From NCBI GenBank assembly GCA_030390025.1, contig CM059446.1:2914001-2978000 (forward strand): a DNA stretch of 64,000 nucleotides. The letters run 5' to 3'. Origin of the DNA: Squalus acanthias (lineage: Eukaryota). The notes under the pieces are model-generated. The model ran no database searches. It was not told where the DNA came from and worked only from the letters and a program-made list of their open reading frames with translations. Position 1 is the stretch's first letter. Each line of letters starts with the position of its first letter. Both the position numbers and the translations under genes were made by a program. Below, piece by piece: positions 63,578 through 64,000 of the stretch.

Positions 63578-63762
63578 CTGATAGCAGAAAGGGGTTGCAT
63601 ATGAAGATTTTATTTTGATTGAAAACTTTGAGACATCTGGCACGGACATGGACTTCAGCTCCTTGTTGATTTGATGATAGTAAGTAGACTGTCGAAAATG
63701 ATGGGCCAGGAGATTATTTTCCATGCTGGTATCCACGGTCGTGTGGGACGTGATCACAACCT
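63578..63762 (-). CDS. ABCG2-like exon (VVITSHTT...LAHHFRQSTYYHQINKEL...SSYATPFCYQ)
   Basis: ctttaaag acceptor (alternative AG 2 nt further in), gtagat donor, 185 nt. Confidence 0.82.
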
Positions 63763-63844
63763 CTTTAAAGAAAAAAACGAAGTTCCTATATTCATATACT
63801 ACACTGACTGACCTACAGTGGCATTGCTCACGATAAATCAACGC

Positions 63845-64000
63845 AACCTGTATCTATCAACGCAGCCTTTAATGTAGACAAACACCCCAAGGCTCATCGT
63901 AGACAAAGATGGAAATTTTCAGAGGGGCGACCAAAGAGATGGGTTTTAAGGAGGGTCTTAAAGGAAGCAAGGCATGTGGAGAGGTTTAGGCAGGAAATTC
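63845..64000 (-). mobile_element. L2 3' end (continues past the window)
   Basis: Similar to the L2 3' ends at 18828 and 52503 (gcctttaatgtag...ccaagg...gggttttaaggagggtcttaaagga). Confidence 0.65.

Larger units (their letters stand above)
55455..63762 (-). other. ABCG2-like half ABC transporter gene span (3' part: linker and transmembrane domain; 7 coding exons)
   Basis: Spliced product ...YATPFCYQ|LYIMCGRTIKNFLRNPDTS...EALQNR|IGAFFFLIINQVFGNLSAVQLF...|HEKASGYYRTSVYFLAKIFADLIPNRIIP...|VFGGFLVNL...FRYGLN|ALTINEL...|QGIDYSTWGFWQNEVAL...KWK*. Exon sizes 90/125/155/90/148 match recalled ABCG2 exons. Orthology is unresolved (abcg2b/c-like). Confidence 0.92.

Overview
Eukaryotic (vertebrate) genomic DNA, most consistent with a cartilaginous fish (shark): AT-rich introns filled with CR1 and L2 LINE fragments, Deu-domain SINEs and Penelope-derived palindromes. 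There are two convergent (tail-to-tail) spliced genes. (1) USP54 on the + strand: 18 coding exons at 848-44585, all with GT-AG junctions in matching phase, giving 5109 nt of CDS (1702 aa plus stop). The N-terminal Cys-box exons lie upstream of the window and the likely poly(A) signal is at 46575. (2) The last 7 coding exons of an ABCG2-like half-transporter on the - strand (63762-55455), resembling the fish abcg2b/c type rather than mammalian ABCG2. Most ORFs in the supplied track are intronic noise or transposon remnants. The most interesting observations are a hammerhead-ribozyme-like core inside a Penelope-type palindromic repeat, a near-perfect 32 x 26-bp array of CCAAT-box hairpins between the two genes, a C-terminal Cx2Cx11Cx2C zinc-finger motif on USP54, a MITE with four internal hairpins, and several structural oddities of the ABCG2 paralog. 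Family assignments rest on recalled sequences, since no searches were run. Transposon boundaries are approximate.
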